A DNA stretch of 64,000 nucleotides from the NCBI GenBank assembly GCA_964106645.2, contig OZ067039.1; one strand, 5' to 3'. Source of the stretch: Podarcis pityusensis (taxonomy: Eukaryota). Of the stretch, positions 23,301-34,600 are shown piece by piece (the stretch's first letter is position 1; the number at the start of each line of letters is the position of its first letter). The translations under genes were made by a program, and so were the position numbers. Below the pieces are notes generated by a model that had not been told where the DNA came from, searched no databases, and saw only the letters and a list, made by a program, of their open reading frames with translations.

Positions 23301-25879
23301 CTCTAAGGTGCTACTGGAAGGGATTTTTTAAAATATTGTTTCAGCCATGTCTGAGAGAGTTAGCAAGCATGGGGAGAGTTGTGGCTTAAATCACAACCAA
23401 ATAGGCTTGCACCTAGATAATTCTCGTCCCTCTTGCCTGCGCCAGGATCAGGCTCTTATGGACAATGTGTTTCATTCTTTTGAACCTGTTCAGCTACAGC
23501 AATATGCTCTCAAACCTCTGCTTTGAATTTCTCAGACCTGCACCAACTACAGCCACCAGCCAGGATAAGCTCAGGTCCTTTGACAAGAATTCCCCCACAA
23601 CACCTACATAAAGTTGAGAGCAGCCAAAAGTCTCTCTCATTTCCAGCTGCCACCCTCATTGCTCACTGTGCCGGTGGCAGTGACAGACGAGCTGTCTTCT
23701 GTCCTTTGAACATCGCGACATGGCTTGAGACCCAGGTCTCCTGTTGCCAGAAAGGCAAGAGAATCAGATCTCCTGGTCGAGTTTTGCAGCCTGGCCCTCC
23801 AAAGAGGTACTAGAGTCATGTCTCAATGACTAGAAGATTAACCCTACTTCAACACGCTCTCTACAACTCTCTCCCCCGCTCCTCAAAACCCCCAGACCAT
23901 ACCTTCTCCAGTGTCACTGGACATCCCTAGAACCAGAGTCCTCTGTGTGTGGCTGCTGCAGAAGCTGTGAGGGGCCCGTGCGCTGAGCCCCCTGGGACCT
24001 GATGGGGAAGTAAACACAGGCTTCTGCCTGTCATATCAGCTGCTCAAGCTTAAAATAGGAATAAGTGGAGCCCAAGGAGGAGCTATAGATAGAGACCAAA
24101 CAGAGGGGCTGGAGAGGATACAGTGGGGACTTATGTTAAGTGAGTGCTGGGAAAAGAAAGAGCAGGCTGGCAGAATGCAGAAAGGCTACTGCATTGGGGA
24201 GAGACAGATAACTGTGGCAGGAAGGCAACAGTTTCCTAAGAACAGCAAAGGTAGGATGAAGGAGTCAGTATGGAGGAGGGGAAAAGCACGGAACCCTTAT
24301 TTTATTTATTTAGTTACTGGCTCTCCCTGTCTCCATATTATTAGATCAGGCTGAGAGTGAGTGACTGGCCCATGGTCCCTCACCCAGCTTCATGGCCGAG
24401 TGAGGATTTGAACTCGGGTCATAGCCCAACATTCCAACCACAGCTCTTAGGTTAGGTTAGCGAAATGGAAAATCAGATTATTCTCCCTCCTGAACAGAGA
24501 TCTCTCCCCCCCCCCCCAATTGGTAACAGAAAGCAGCTAAGCGGCATCAATGCAAATGTTTTATCCAATTTTAAAACGCCTGAACTAGTACACTTCAGTG
24601 TGAGTCTGTGAACGGTGCAAGACTGAGATTTTTGCCCAGGGAGCCAAACTTGTATATTTCCATACGTAATTTTGTACAGATTCTACCTACTTAGAACCAG
24701 AAGGAACGTCTTCAGGTAACTTTTCTCCTTGTTTCAAACAAAAACAAGTGTGAAAACAAATGTACCCCACAAATATATAAAAAATCCCACTGTCATACAT
24801 TCACAGTTTGCCCTTTGATATTTGAATCCGTATTTGTTGTCTCGCCATTTATCTGATACTTAAAATTTGCTGGCTGACACTATATAGTGGATGATATTCA
24901 ATAATTATACAAAAACCTTGAACAATTCCAGTTCTGAAAAGGAGAACACCCAGTCCCAGAGCAAAAACAAGAAGAGTGGTATGACTTGATCTCGCTGTGC
25001 AGTAGCCTGCCATTTTCCCAGTTAATGATCAACCCTTTGACATCCAGATAAGCCCATTCAGTCATATGGAAACATATTGTGTAGCCTTTCAGGCACAACC
25101 AACCAGAAAATGCTCTTTTAAACTAATGACTGTTCCTATCAAGTTGGGCTTTCCCCCAAAACAAGCACGGTCGAATGCTGATATCATTTAGCATTTCACA
25201 GACAGAATTTAGATTTAAAAATCCAAAGCTTCTAAACTAAGAATCCTGGAAGGAGATAAAGCAGAAAACGGAACTTACATTGCTTTAATGGTTATTTAAA
25301 GAACCACAAAGAATTGCTTTGAAGATGCTTTTATTGAAGTTATGTTTAATCCATTTTTAGCCCATTAAATCTTCATACCATTATTCTAACACCATCCTTA
25401 ACTTTATCCTTTAGCTACTTGAAGATTAGAAGGGAAGGGACAACAATGAGTGTGGCCTGTCTGGTGAAGAAATGCATTAATGGAGCTGGGGTGCTAGTAT
25501 CTATAATTATTCTTGGAAGCTGTTGGATGTATTGTTTTGGACGAAGCACTGAAACCCTTCTCTCTTGATGCAATGCCAGTTTGGGCTGAGATGTGATCTT
25601 ACTGGGTTCTTTTTAACTCGGGGAATTAGCCATAATAGCGGAATTGAACTCAGCATTGAAACCTACCACGTGCTTGTAGCGTGCTTGTGAATATCTCATG
25701 ATAGCAAAAGTACAAACAACTGGGTTGATGTCTTGCTCTGTTTGTGGGATTATTGGAAGCATGTTTGGCAAAGGATGCTGGACTCCACTGAGTCTTCTAA
25801 CTTTAATTTTTTTATAAAATTAAGATTTAGTGACACCAATATTTTGAATTGCTGAGATAGAAAAGAAGAAACACGTGAT

Positions 25880-26199
25880 GTATAAAAGGATATAAAAGGA
25901 TGTCACATAGAGGAGGGAGAAAGGTTGTTTTCTGCTGCTCCAGAGAAGCGGACACGGAGCAATGGATCCAAACTACAAGAAAGAAGATTCCACCTAAACA
26001 TTAGGAAGAACTTCCTGACAGTAAGAGCTGTTTGACAGTGGAATTTGCTGCCAAGGAGTGTGGTGGAGTCTCCTTCTTTGGAGGTCTTTAAACAGAGGCT
26101 TGACAACCATATGTCAGGAGTGCTCTGATGGTGTTTCCTGCTTGGCAGGGGGTTGGACTCGATGGCCCTTGTGGTCTCTTCCAACTCTATGATTCTATT
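25880..26199 (+). mobile_element. CR1 LINE 3' end (5'-truncated, young)
   Basis: Nearly identical to the reverse complement of 44920-45245. Ends in CCAACTCTATGATTCTA. Confidence 0.9.
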
Positions 26200-27707
26200 T
26201 AAGGAGCCAAAAACCCAGCACAGATGCATCCAAAAGCTAGGCAATTGGACCAGAGCCTCCCTGGAACTGGGAAATTCAGGGGGAAGAATTCAACATAGTA
26301 CCATGGCAATCATTCTACCAGTGCAAGCATTTCAGCTTGGCCAACACAGCAATTTCCCTCTCCTCACCCACTCCCTGCATGGGTCTGGGTTCTCATCACC
26401 CCCACAAGCCAACTGGGGGAGTAGAGTGGGGTAAGCCCCAAAGCACCAGCAGAAACCCTTGTGCAGGGTTTCTGCTAGCAGGTCTCATTAGGTGAATCTG
26501 GTGCAGGATGTTTTGATCTCACGTAGGGTAGACTAACATACCGGCAGACACACACTTCAGCATATAAACATATGTAGCTGCCTTATATTGGTCCATCTCG
26601 CCCCACACTTTAATTGGCAGTAGCTCCCCTTGGTGTCTGGCAGATGTCATTTCCAGCCCTGGTAGCACCTTAAACAGGAGGCACTGGAGAATGAGTCTTG
26701 GTCCTCTTTGCGCATGCTTCCAGGGCTACTCTTTTGATGGAGGTGCTGCTATTGTATCACACTGCAGGCCAACTGTCCTTTTGCTTACAGTAGTCTTTTC
26801 CTCATCTGTGGCAAGGTCCTGATGGGGAAGAGGGAAGACTTGTTGGTGCTCACAACATTTTTTAAAGGCTAACTTGAGTATGGCCATACTTAGGGGTGGT
26901 ACAGCCAATTTGAGGGGCAATAAATAGGGCTCAACATCTAAATAATTTTAGTTCAGTTGTACTTAATACCACCCCCCCCAGCAAAAAAAGGATGCAAGGG
27001 GGTCAGAGTTGTGTCACACCTGCTGACAAGCCTTTCCCTATCTAGTGCCTTCCAAATATTTTGGCTATAGTTCTCATCCTTGACCACTGGTGATGCTGCC
27101 TGGAGCTGATGGGAGTTGTAGTCCAAAATATTTGGGAGGCACCAGATTGGGGAAGGTAGTTCTTGACCAACAGCCTCGTGGACACTATCCAATAGGTAAC
27201 CATAATACTCACACATCTCCCCATTGCCCTGCATTCATCATCATGGTAGTAGCACTGCCTTGTGTCTGATAAAAGGCAGTTAGCTCACCCAAGTATTGCA
27301 GTTTCATCTGGGAAAGCGCAATATCCTTGTAGCAGTAGCACAGGTGAGAGGAAATGAACCCGAATCTTGCATAATAGTTGTTCAGCTAAGTGTGCTAAAA
27401 AAACAGACTGAGGGAGAAAAGTGAATGAGAGAAGCCTTCCAACTCACTTGCTTTCTCATAGCTTTTACTGAAGTTGGGGGGGAAAGAGACGAGAGTGGTT
27501 ACGAAAAGGTAGTTATGACACCAAGTTCCAGACATCTGTCTCCTTTAAGTTGTAGTGCTAACAAGTGTAGGAAGGGTGTGCAAGGATGACTTTCATGGTG
27601 GTAGTGAATGCTTCCATTTCCCAGCATTCCACCTGCCAGATCACATACGAACTCGGAAGGTATAAGGTGCTCTCATGCTACAGCTCTTTAGGGTTTCCAA
27701 GTGTGTC

Positions 27708-27713
27708 TTTATT
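27708..27713 (-). promoter_or_regulatory. Probable HYAL3 polyadenylation signal AATAAA
   Basis: TTTATT on + strand, about 250 bp past the HYAL3 stop. Confidence 0.55.
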
Positions 27714-27960
27714 TTACTAGATGTGCTTGGCTACAGTTTCAAAACCCAACAATGCCTAAGCCCTTACTTTAGGCTTACACCTGAGATCATTTTTAAATTA
27801 TAGCGCACCATCAAAGAAGGAAAAAGTGTGAGTCTGCTATTTGTCTACATCCAGACCCCGCTCTGTTTGAAAAACGGAGGAGTCACCCAGTTGAGAAATG
27901 TCTAGAATGGATATCATCAAAACTGCCCTTAGAGTAAAGTGCTGAATCTGCAAAGATGTG

Positions 27961-28389
27961 TTATTGGAATTCTGTCTTTTCATTGTAAATGGAAGGAGGA
28001 CAGATGTTTGACTTCACAACAACATTGCTGACATACCCTGCATGAAATATATTGTAATACTGTTGAGCTCGACTACACTCCGGTCCTAGGACAGGCTCCA
28101 GCCACAGCGGTGTCTCACACGAGGCTCCAGTCCACTGAGGATAGCAGTGACACTGAAATTGTTCCCAAGCGAACATGTCTTGATCTGGAAAATCTGTCAT
28201 TGAGGACTCCTCTTCCCACTGCTGCGGGTCCAGGTGGAGGAAGGCTTCCAGTTCACTGGGGTCCTGTCTCACGCAACGTCCATGCCCGTGGCACAGCTCG
28301 CGGCTGCACATGCGCGCTGCCGTGGTTACGTTGACGATGTATGGGCCCAGTGTCGTGGTGATGTAATGCTTGAGGCTCCTGCAGCTCTC
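27961..28389 (-). CDS. HYAL3: HYAL3 last coding exon (EGF-like domain plus tail)
   Basis: ttctag|GAG; [39 protein letters not shown]...KTEFQ*. Confidence 0.92.
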   Translation of the reverse strand, partial: ESCRSLKHYITTTLGPYIVNVTTAARMCSRELCHGHGRCVRQDPSELEAFLHLDPQQWEEESSMTDFPDQDMFAWEQFQCHCYPQWTGASCETPLWLEPVLGPECSRAQQYYNIFHAGYVSNVVVKSNICPPSIYNEKTEFQ

Positions 28390-31300
28390 CTAGAAGATGG
28401 AAAGCTAGGATTACAGCTCAGAACATTCTAGGGACTGGACCCATCGGCACTGGGGATGGGAGCTTCCAGCCATTTCTGTTTAGGCAGAACCAACCACACG
28501 GGCAGGTGAGCATGGTCATTAGTCAAGGTATCAATAAAACTGGGAGAAACAAGTTATCCTATCCCCACCAAAGCTGGAAAGTAGGGGAATAGCTGCTGGG
28601 CTACCAATGAGGTGGGCAAAGAGAGTATCTGTTTTCTCTCTCAGGCTGATTCTCAACTTAGGTAGTGCAGTGGCACCTCGGGTTAAGTACCGTACTTAAT
28701 TTGTTCCGGAGGTCCGTTCTTAACCTGAAACTGTTCTTAACCTGAAGCACCACTTTAGCCTATGGGGCCTCCTGCTGCCACTGCGCCGCCGCAGCACGAT
28801 TTCTGTTCTCATCCTGAAGCAAAGTTCTTAACCCAAGGTACTATTTCTGGGTTAGCGGAGTCTGTAACCTGAAGCGTATGTAACCTGAAGTGTATGTAAC
28901 CTGAGGTACCGCTGTATATCCTAGGAAGAGGGCCTTCTTGGCCATGGCATCCCACCGATTGAATGCTTTCCCCATGGAGGCTGGCACCTGTTTTGGTGCC
29001 TGGTAAATAGCTTTTTATTTCCTTTAAATAATAAAAGTTTTAATATAATTGTTTAAATCTGCTGCATGATTTTTTCACGGTTGATGGTTGTATTTGAATA
29101 CATTATAGGTATTCTCAGGAAATGTTGTAATTGGGAAGCATATAAAGGCGGTTCATGAATTAATAGATGGATGGGACATTGTTGCAGAGATACTCACCGG
29201 TGACTGGGAATAGGAGAGGTCACCCCAGAGCACAACCCCAGCGGCCCCAAGTGCTGCACTCTCTCCAATTGTATACACCAGGTCAGCCTGAATGGAGAAA
29301 AGGAGGGAATTGTTAGCACTGGGCAGCTTTCTGCATGAGAAGTGCAACGTATCACTTTGGTGATATTAACACATTGCATTAGGCAGGTTTCCTGGCTAGT
29401 TACAATGGATAGATTTTCACTGAATTTTTCTGGCCCAATTAAGTTCTCTGGTCAAACATGAGTTGTAGTTTCTGTAATGCTTCAAAAGTCTGACCAATTT
29501 GTTTAACAAGACACCACAGGAATGTGGATTGTGAACCCCTTTTTGTGCATCATTTTATTCTATGTTTATGCAGCATTTTCCTCAAGCTATTGCTCACCCC
29601 CACTTTCTCCTCCCTAAATCCAGAAAATCCAGTAATCAGCAGCTTCTAGCCCATTGGCCAAATTTGGTTCAGGATGGATGGACCCCCATTTGGCCCACAA
29701 GGCTAATTCCCCCACACCTGACATGGGGCTGCATCACCTGTGTGACTGAGTGCCTTACAGGGTTTGTGATCATACAGCCAATTCCTGCGGAAAGCAAGGT
29801 TGAAGTCATTACCCATCAGTGATGGGCAGTGAGCTCAGGCCTACCAGACTGTCTGGTACCAAGTTCCCCATGAGGAACATAGTTATGAGATGAATGAAAA
29901 ACGGGTTGCTCCACCCACCTATCAAAGTTGGCGCACAGAATTGGGGAAAGATGAGAGTGTGGCTAGCCGGGCCAAAAGGATTCCCCATCCCTGACAACAC
30001 CTTTCTATTAAAGCAGTTAATTAGTTGCTTCCTGTTCACTCATAGCTGGCTGCAGCATTAATGAAGTGCCTCAATTAATTAACTACTGTGACTGCATATA
30101 TATATATATATATATATATAGTGGTGCAACATTCCATCTGAAGCATTAAATTGACTGAATGGCCTTGGGCCAATAATTTTCTCTCTGGCTAACCAACCTA
30201 CCTCACAGGGTTGTTATGAGAACAGTGTAATGAAATACCCCCTCTGTGACACTCCAGGCTCCTTGGAAGGACAGGATAAAAATATAATAAATGAATAATG
30301 TACAGTGAGGAGGGAAAGTATTTGATCCCCTGCTAAATTTGGCCGTTTGCCCTCTGACGAAGAAATGACCAGTCCATAATTTTAATGGTAGGTTTATTGC
30401 AGCTGTGAGAGACAAAATAACAACAGGGGATCAAATACTTTCCCCCCTCACTGTATGGTGGCAGCTAATATTCCCCACAGAAGGAAGTTTCCAGCTAGAT
30501 AAGAGATCTGCACCTCAGTCCTAGCTGTGTTTACTCAGAGGTAAGTCCTACTGAATTCAGTGGGGCTTACTCCCAGGTTAAGTGGGTTTAGGATTGCAGC
30601 CTTAACCTTTATTCAATTGCTACCATTGATGAAAAGTGCCTGGGCCTATTGTACGCAGTTGGCACCTCTCACTTCTTACCTCAGTCAGGTACTGTGGAGA
30701 ATGTCTGTAGGAGACTCTGGAATATGCGATCACAGGGAGAGGCTGCTTCACGCCAAACTGTGCCACGCGAAATGCTTCTTTGAGGCGGTGGTGAACATAA
30801 CTCTGGTGGTAAGATGTTGGGAGTTTTGGTGAGAGGTAGATACTGGGATAGAGGGCAGATGAAACCTTCCAGAGCCACATGAGATGATCATTCCACTGGA
30901 CCTCTGTGGGGTTGCAATGACCGGTGTAGTTCTCTTCGCTCTCCCAGTTGTAATTGAAACAGTCAGGGAACCCATAGAAGCCCCAGAATCCCTGTGGCCT
31001 CAGAGACTTCCCCATTTCTAGAGTTCTCTCCATGAAGGCCCGAGCTGCCTGTTCAAACTCTATCTCCGCAAGATAAGATTGCTCCGTGAGGGGTTCATCA
31101 GGCCTTCTGTTCCTTGCCCATTTTTCAGAGGCCGCCCTATACACGTTCTTGGGGCCCCAGTTCTGCCTCCAGAGAGGCCGCCACTCCTCCCAGTCCACCA
31201 CGGCCAGTCCCTGGAAATCAGGCTTCAGGCTTTCCAAAACATCTCTTGAGACCGTCTCCAGGTGCTTCTTCAGATCGACGTTCTGAGGTATCCCTCCATT

Positions 31301-31600
31301 GTGCCATTTGCCATCTGGGGAGATGTAGGGATAGAGCCCAAACTTGTTCTTGTAAAAAATGGTTATGTTCTGGCCACGAAAAGCATTGTCCTTGTTCTCC
31401 ACAATGCCATAGGCTTCCAGAGGCAGGGTGATCCCAAAATGCTCTCGACACTTAGCTGTGGGCAAGTTCCACACCACCACAAATGGCTCCTGCTGGAAAA
31501 CAGAGCTGGCTGTCGTCTGCTCCCAGCTATACCCTCTCAGGCACTGGATGACCCCAAGGAGGAAGATGATGCAGACCGAAATGGTTTTGTCCAGGATCAT
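27961..31600 (-). CDS. HYAL3: Hyaluronidase-3 (GH56), ~479 aa. complement(join(27961-28389,29198-29287,30680-31600))
   Basis: Signal peptide, [17 protein letters not shown], catalytic [25 protein letters not shown] and a HyalEGF domain ([12 protein letters not shown]...[12 protein letters not shown]). Canonical large + 90-bp + terminal exon layout. HYAL3-specific similarity and position next to NAA80. Confidence 0.93.
28668..28914. mobile_element. Tigger/pogo-type MITE (family also at 44257-44498 and 47067-47284)
   Basis: TIRs CAGTGGCACCTCGGGTTA and TAACCTGAGGTACCGCTG. Internal TAACCTGAAG repeats. Confidence 0.85.
29198..29287 (-). CDS. HYAL3: HYAL3 90-bp coding exon
   Basis: attcag|GCT...CCG|gtgagt; [30 protein letters not shown]. 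Confidence 0.93.
30096..30120. repeat. (AT)n microsatellite
   Basis: Directly visible. Confidence 0.85.
30303..30453. mobile_element. Tc1-derived MITE
   Basis: Near-perfect 30-bp TIRs CAGTGAGGAGGGAAAGTATTTGATCCCCTG and CAGGGGATCAAATACTTTCCCCCCTCACTG. TA on both sides. Confidence 0.9.
30680..31600 (-). CDS. HYAL3: HYAL3 large first coding exon (acceptor at 31663)
   Basis: Kozak CCCACCATG; ends GAG|gtaaga; 307 codons. Confidence 0.93.
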
Positions 31601-34600
31601 GGTGGGTGTAAGAAGCCAATGTCTCTTCTGGGGCCCCTCCTGCTTTGTTTACAAATGTGCACCCTGGCAGGGAGAGGGGAAAGACAGAGTAAGATCTTCC
31701 CCCTGAATTTAAATATCTGACACACAGGGCCAGGGCAGTGTAGCAGTTAGGCTCAGATTATGGCTAGGGACAGCCAGGTTCAAATCCGCTTACCAAGGCG
31801 ACACGATGTGCCAAGGTAAGCAAGGCAGTTTTGAATCCATGCTCCCCATAAATCACTGGGTGGCTCTGGAAATCATTTTTTCCCTGCCCAGGGGGGTGGG
31901 GTAGGTGGGACTGGCCCGCTCAGGTTGGATCCAGAACTGGCCCACCCTCCATAGGCCGCTTTGACAGGTGTACAAGAATGCTATTCAGCAATTACCTGGA
32001 ACCATATGATGTGAGGTGATTAAAATTTAAACCTGCAGCTGCAAACTTAAGATTGTGCTCTTCATTCTTCCTTCTGAATTGGGCACTGGGGCTGCACCTG
32101 CTATCATATGACATCAGGTAATGGACAGGTGACCATGGTTTGGGCCAAACCACCATACGAGGAGGCCTAACAAGGTCTCACGGATTTTACAGGGAAGAGG
32201 CAACCATGCCAGTCACCTGGAGCTCCTTGAGAAAATGTGGGACATAAATATAATTAATTCAGCTAGCCTCAAAATATTTTTTATTGTATTTTAAACCTGG
32301 ATATCTGGGCTTGACATGGATTCCAAATGGGATTGCTTACCTTGAATATCAAGGTATCTTGGGGTAAGTGTCTTATGTGTCTAAGTTTTAAGGGAGATAA
32401 ATTCATGAGGTAAACCCAAGGAGAGGGAAAGGCTGAACACCAGGAAGAGGAGAGCTGGCTGTACTGGCTGATGTGTAAACTTACCTAAAGTCACCTTACT
32501 TGGGAACAGAAGCTGTTTGGATTACACAGGCATCTATGCTGCCAGGTATTTTTCCACAATGGAGAAGCCCAAAACACCAACTAGGCTGCTTCCACTTGTT
32601 GGTTTTGTTTTGTTTGCTCTGTGTCATCCCCCCTGGCTTCATTTCCCACTCTAACACTGCACTACGGAGGGTTAGAATAATACCTAAGAAACTGCATGCC
32701 AGGATCCTTCCCTAGCTGAACTACTGACTAGCTAGCCAGCCAGCCTCTGAACTAGAGACAAGCTAATGAATTAATAGGGCATATTGTCTGAGCCAGCCTG
32801 TCCAATGAATCAGGTGTGGCTTAGGATCAGAACCACATGGCCACTCTGAAGCCAACAGGTCATCATTAACATCACATGCACAAACCCCCAGCCCACCCCC
32901 TCCCTGCAAAGGAACACCAGGGTTCAAACTCAAACTTTATTAGACAGGCCAATTCGATGACTGGTTTTGCAATCATCTTGGGACTAGATAAGCATACTGC
33001 ATACAGATCTTGGGATCAGGTAAGCATTCTGCTTCCTGAGTCGGCATGGAAAACCCCAGCCATCATCTCTCTGTGTTGCAATATTTCCTTTTAGTGGAAC
33101 AGGTGTGGTAAAACATCCTTTCTCCTGGCCTCTTTCCTGCCATGATGTGCGCTCTGATCTTCATGTTACTGGTAACGCATAGAAATCATAGCATTATTTT
33201 CCTTTCTCCAACTTTTCCTCTAACCACAGTTTGATGTAAAGCTATTGCTAGGTGTCTCAAGAGTTTTGAATTTACTAAGGATATTTGGCTTCACTTAAGT
33301 GTGAAGAGTGTTCCTTATTGCAGAAAAGATCTATGCAAATCTACTCACAAATTGAAGTGCCCAGGGCACAGAAGGGGTGAAACATAAAAAAGGGTCTCTT
33401 GCACCCTTGGCAAGGAGCTATATTGATGCCCTACCCCTGAAAAACCCACTTTACCGCAATAGCTGCATTATTTGTCTAAAATCACCCCCTCTACTCCAGT
33501 ATCTCAATTTTTTCTGAGGTGATTCTGTCATCCAGGCAATCTGCCTCTCACGACTTTTGGCCCACACAACTTAACTCTCTTGGTCAGAGCAATCTGGGGA
33601 GATTTTTGCAGGGGCCGTTTTCACCATCCCATAGGTGCACCCCTGGGCATACAAGCTAAGAATTATTGTATTGAGTGAACTGTCAGAAATAGCCTCACAT
33701 GCTCAGAGATGGGACTTGACAACCAGGAATCGGACATTGCTGTACAGCAAAATCACACTCCCAGGCTTGAAAAAGCCCCTTTTCCTAATTAAAACATTAA
33801 TATGTAACATGGGAAGTACTGGAGTCGAATCCTTACCCTTAAAACTCTTAAATCACTAAGGTATAGATGCTGGTTTTGGTTACTCAGTACTGTAATGTGA
33901 GAACAAGACTCTCACATGCTTATTTCATGTTATTTCAAAGCTCAGCTCTGAGGCTGAAAACAGATTTTTGGGCTTTGTGCAGTTCAAAAGAACTCATTTG
34001 TCATTTCCACCATTTCCTTCTCAGCAGGCATGCTGATTTGCATAATTCACCAGCTTTTATAACCTCGACTCAGGAGTGATGTATTAATGAACCAAGTGTG
34101 TACAGCAATATGGATTAAAGAATATATGAAGGTAATGTTAGCCTAGGAGTAGAAGCAAGAGTCGCCATTCATGGGGAAGAAGATTTGAAGATTAGTATGT
34201 TACAACTGCAACAATTTGATCAAGGCTAGGGCGTGCATTATTCTGGTTTTTTTAAATTACATATTGCTGAAGTTGGTGAATATAAAAGCACCAATCATAG
34301 CCCAGCCAACTTCCCACCAGAAAAATCTGTTTATCGAGGAATTTTGTATGGGAGAGTCGGATAGGAAAAGTAGAAACGAACCAAATTATACAGTCTCACC
34401 ATTCTAACAATACCGAAACATTTTGATGTGCTAATCTACACGCAGGAAAACATCCTGCTTCCCTCTACTATGAAGTCTTAAGAGCAGACAGCTGGCAACA
34501 GGGATCACTTTACTGAATCCTCCCTCCCATTATTAGTAGGCTGAGTTTCCTGCACGCTGAAAAGTGGAATAAATTGCAACAATGGGCTTACAAATAGCAC

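Noticed and set aside
24650-25450. Possible old L1-like remnant
   Set aside because: AT-rich and suggestive, but no motif I could support.
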